Assembly (NCBI GenBank): GCA_964581145.1 | Contig: CAZONU010000003.1 | Location: forward strand, 1 to 35,797 | DNA from: an uncultured Planctomycetia bacterium | GTDB lineage: Bacteria > Planctomycetota > SZUA-567 > JAKLDR01 | Direction of reading: 5' to 3' | Length of the DNA: 35,797 bases | Part shown: one piece after another, positions 33,029 through 35,797 of the stretch | Layout: each line of letters begins with the position of its first letter | Numbering within the stretch: the stretch's first letter is position 1 | Made by a program: the position numbers and the translations under genes | The notes under the pieces: model-generated | Databases searched by the model: none | The model's input: the letters and a program-made list of their open reading frames with translations, nothing else | What the model was told of the DNA's origin: nothing

Positions 33029-33546
33029 ATTCCAGATTACGGGCGTTTGCGCTGGTCATGGCCGGCATGCTGGCCGCGGCCGGCTGCCAGGTGAACTACC
33101 ACCGCACCCTCGAGGCCGACCGGGCCATCCGGCGCGTCGAGAGCGGCCGCTACCGGCCGGGGGTCTCGCCCATCGCCCTGGTCACCACCGACAAGCAGCT
33201 CTACGCGGCCGGCGAGGAGATCAAGGTCACCGTCCGCGTGGTGGCCCCCGCCGAGGAGAAGGCGCTGGACACCTACCTGCCCATCACCGGCCGCCTCCAC
33301 GTCAAGCGCGACCGGGCCCTGCGCGAGCTCCCGCCCCTGCCGGGGTCGGCCGCGCTGCCCTGGGCCAAGATGCCCCTGGACAACAAGCGCCGGCGCTCGC
33401 GCAGCTTCACGGTCACCATCAACCGGATGTTCCCGATGCGCCGGGCCGGCTGGTACGCCGTCTGGTGGACGGGCACCGACGACGCCGGCGGCAAGATGCG
33501 CAGCGTCGAAGCCTACGTGATGGTCGCGATCAGGGAATCCCGCTAG
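33025..33546 (+). CDS. Lipoprotein, function unknown
   Basis: AAGGAGG lies 8 nt upstream of the ATG at 33025. The signal peptide plus lipobox reads [21 protein letters not shown]. The track shows it as the tail of ORF 32878..33546. Confidence 0.7.
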   Translation: MNSRLRAFALVMAGMLAAAGCQVNYHRTLEADRAIRRVESGRYRPGVSPIALVTTDKQLYAAGEEIKVTVRVVAPAEEKALDTYLPITGRLHVKRDRALRELPPLPGSAALPWAKMPLDNKRRRSRSFTVTINRMFPMRRAGWYAVWWTGTDDAGGKMRSVEAYVMVAIRESR

Positions 33547-33748
33547 CTCCCCCGCCGCGGGCGGCCCGGTGCCCGGGCCCTGCGTCCAGGTTCCCTCGAG
33601 TTTCGACGCCCGCGGACTTTTCGGGGATTCCTTCGACACACACCGCTCCGCCGGGCGTCTTGAGGTTGAGGCGGGACGGCTGCGCCTCACGCTGGAGGGG
33701 ATGCTGGTGGCGGACCGGGTAACGGCAGATTTCATCTAGGTCCTGGCG

Positions 33749-35734
33749 ATGTCGATCACCGTGCTGGCAATGGCGGGCCTCCTGGCGGCGGCCGCGGCCC
33801 CCGGGCCCCGGCCCGGCAAGCTGATCGTCGAGCTCCGCGAGCTGGAGACGGGCAGGCCGGCCTCGGCTCTGGTCCGGGTCACTTCGGGTGGAAAAAGCTA
33901 CGGCCCGGCGGGCAAAGCCGGCTCCTTCGTGCTGGAGGGCAGCCTCGCCCTCAAGCTGCCCCCGGCGCGCTACCGGCTGCGCGTCGACGGCGGCCGCCGG
34001 CGGCTGCCCTACGACCGCAACGTGGAGATTTTCTCCGGCGAGACGGTGAAGCGGGTCGTCTTCCTGAAGCGCCCGCCGCACCTGGACTTCGCGCGCGCCG
34101 GCTGGCTGGCCGTGGACCCGCTCTTCTCGGCGGGGGGCCGCCCGCCCGGCGAGGCGGTTCGGGCCGCGCGCGCCGCGGGGCTCGACGCCGTGGGCCTCGA
34201 GCGCCTGACCGCGCCGGCCGCCAGGAAACTGCGCCGCGAGCTTCCGGTCTTCGGCTGGGGGCTCAAGACCGACCCGCGCTTCGGCTCCAAGGGCGGCTTC
34301 GACCCGCTGTGGCGGCCGCCCCGCGCGCGCCCGCGCCGCGGCGCGGTTCTCAAGCGCATGACGACGGCGGGCTTCAGCTTCTACGCGGACTGCGGCCGGC
34401 CGCGCAGGTCCAATCCCTGGCGGACCGCGGTGCCCTGGAGGCCCGAGCTGGGCCGCTTCTACGACCTCTTGGCCTCGCGCCCGCTGGCCACCCGGGGACT
34501 GGCCCCGCGGATGTACTTCGAGCTGGCCGCCGGGGCCCCGGTGGGCAGCTTCGAGCTGGACGGCTCCCAGAGCGCCGAGAAGCTGTGGTTCGCGCTCTTG
34601 GGGCAGGGCTACCGGATTCCGGCAGTCGCCGGCACCCACGGGCTGCTCTCCCGGGGGGACCGGCCCGAGCCGCGCATGCTGGTCAGGCTGTATCCCCGCC
34701 CGTCGCGGGACTGGCCGGCGGGCGACTGGCTGCTGCGCAGCATGGCCTCGGGGGCCAGCACGGTCTCCTTCGGGCCCTTCTGTTTCCTGTCGATCGACGG
34801 CGCGGTGAGCGGCCGCGAGCTGCCCACCGTCGAGAAGCCCCGCCGGCTCATCGTCCAGGCCTTGGCCAGCACCGACCGCCGCGCCCAGATCGCCCGGGTG
34901 GAGATCTACCGGGACGGGAAGCTCTTTCGCGGGGTGGAGCCGCCCTCCGGCCACACCGGCTTCAAGATGGAGCTGAAGATCCGCCAGGAGGAGCCCGCCT
35001 GGCTCGTGGCCAAGTGCTACCAGCGGATCCGCGCGCGGCGCGGCGGCGGCTACGTCGGCGCCGCGACCACCGCCATCACCAACCCGGTGTGGATCGAGCC
35101 CACCGCCTACAGCACCCGGCCCAAGGCGGTCGTGACCAAGCTGAAGTGCAAGGTGGTCGACGCGGAGACGGGCAAGCCTCTGGATGCGCACCTGGTTTTC
35201 GACCACCGGACTCGGGTCGAAGCTGCGAAGGGACTGAAGCCGTTCGCCGCAGCCGGGCACTTCGGATGCCCCGGGGGTGCCTTCCAGGCGACCGTCCCGG
35301 CGAAGACCGTCTTCCAAGTCACCTCGGCGTCCAGCCTCGATTACGAGCCGAAGACGGTCAACATCCTCGAGGCCCTGGGGTTCCTCTCGTATTGCGGCCA
35401 CGGGGGCGAACTGCGCGACTTCGTGCGGCTGGAGAAGACGCAGGACCTGTTCTACGACGGCCTGGTCGAAAAGGGCGCCTGGGAGTTGCAGGCGGTTACG
35501 GGCCGGGCGACCATAACCATGCATGTGGGATACACCGCGCAAGGCTACGACTTCAGCGCCCCGGCGGGCAGCAAACCGGCCATCCGCGCTAATGGATGGC
35601 CTCCAGGACATGCCGTTCGCCTGGCCGCCGTCAGAGGTCACCGAGACGCGCTCAGTAACGCCGGTAGCGCGGTCGTGGACGAAGATGTCTGCCGAATTGT
35701 TCGTGTCACCGGCCGCGAGGTTGCTGGCAAATGA
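33749..35734 (+). CDS. Secreted hypothetical protein, CehA/McbA-like (PHP-fold) architecture with degenerate metal-binding motifs
   Basis: It has an N-terminal hydrophobic signal (MSITVLAMAGLLAAAAAPG) and beta-sandwich-like N- and C-terminal segments. The middle region resembles PHP-type metallohydrolases (..LWFALLGQGYRIPAVAGTHG.., ..AITNPVWIE). The last roughly 54 codons (from about 35573) run antisense to a PD40-repeat coding segment and are probably not native. Confidence 0.6.
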   Translation: MSITVLAMAGLLAAAAAPGPRPGKLIVELRELETGRPASALVRVTSGGKSYGPAGKAGSFVLEGSLALKLPPARYRLRVDGGRRRLPYDRNVEIFSGETVKRVVFLKRPPHLDFARAGWLAVDPLFSAGGRPPGEAVRAARAAGLDAVGLERLTAPAARKLRRELPVFGWGLKTDPRFGSKGGFDPLWRPPRARPRRGAVLKRMTTAGFSFYADCGRPRRSNPWRTAVPWRPELGRFYDLLASRPLATRGLAPRMYFELAAGAPVGSFELDGSQSAEKLWFALLGQGYRIPAVAGTHGLLSRGDRPEPRMLVRLYPRPSRDWPAGDWLLRSMASGASTVSFGPFCFLSIDGAVSGRELPTVEKPRRLIVQALASTDRRAQIARVEIYRDGKLFRGVEPPSGHTGFKMELKIRQEEPAWLVAKCYQRIRARRGGGYVGAATTAITNPVWIEPTAYSTRPKAVVTKLKCKVVDAETGKPLDAHLVFDHRTRVEAAKGLKPFAAAGHFGCPGGAFQATVPAKTVFQVTSASSLDYEPKTVNILEALGFLSYCGHGGELRDFVRLEKTQDLFYDGLVEKGAWELQAVTGRATITMHVGYTAQGYDFSAPAGSKPAIRANGWPPGHAVRLAAVRGHRDALSNAGSAVVDEDVCRIVRVTGREVAGK

Positions 35735-35797
35735 TTGAAAGGCCACAAACCTTCCGTCCGAGCTGATGGCCGCTGCTTCGGACTCCTTGTTTGCTTG
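35573..35797 (-). CDS. PD40/TolB-like beta-propeller repeat protein fragment (enters from the right window edge and loses similarity at about 35573)
   Basis: The minus-strand translation reads ..AAISSDGRFVAFQSFASNLAAGDTNNSADIFVHDRATGVTERVSVTSDGGQANGMSWRPSISADGRF. That is two units of the common SxDGRxVAFxSxAxNLvxgDtNxxxDvFvxDrxtGxTxRvSv repeat. The repeat breaks off mid-unit, and the frame stays open as antisense to the plus-strand gene. Confidence 0.5.

Noticed and set aside
33530-35572. The bulk of the 738-aa minus-strand ORF 33530..35746
   Set aside because: Only its first roughly 60 codons, the PD40 repeats to the right of about 35573, look like protein. The rest is the Arg/Gly/Ala-rich antisense of the well-formed plus-strand secreted protein.

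Overview
High-GC bacterial chromosomal segment. Sampled 60-nt lines are about 70% G+C, with clearly lower-GC islands. I saw no rRNA, tRNA, CRISPR array, transposase or integrase. Three blocks are visible. (1) 1-18.3 kb is a Wzx/Wzy-type surface-polysaccharide locus. It encodes a giant Wza-like exporter, Wzi, a Wzz-like co-polymerase, an antisense HTH gene, Wzx, Wzy, a WbpG/PseA-type acetamidino amidotransferase and a GT4 glycosyltransferase. It also encodes a GT4-phosphoglycosyltransferase fusion, a PglD-like acetyltransferase, convergent PglE-like aminotransferase and PglF-like dehydratase genes, and a beta-barrel outer-membrane protein. The wzy-to-GT part is a lower-GC cassette. (2) 18.5-20.9 kb is a selenium module with selD, a yedF/TusA-like gene, a half-length yedE and a 43-codon ORF. 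It is bracketed by two inverted copies of a conserved stem-loop-plus-promoter module. (3) 21-35.8 kb carries housekeeping and orphan genes. These are ilvBN, an Nfu-like gene, tdh, a HAD hydrolase, two dehydrogenases/oxidoreductases, a low-GC SUFU-like gene with a broken 5' end, and a leaderless 559-aa unknown protein with a GNAT-like core. They continue with a 29-codon poly-lysine micro-ORF that has its own terminator, prfB with its canonical +1 frameshift site, an internally deleted SHMT-derived ORF, a lipoprotein, and a PHP-like secreted protein. The 3' end of that last gene collides with a PD40-repeat gene fragment on the other strand. Most long ORFs in the track that lie antisense or out of frame to these genes are high-GC artefacts. 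All functional calls rest on motifs I recognise by eye, since no searches were run. Start codons are often uncertain because the ORF track also uses GTG and TTG starts.
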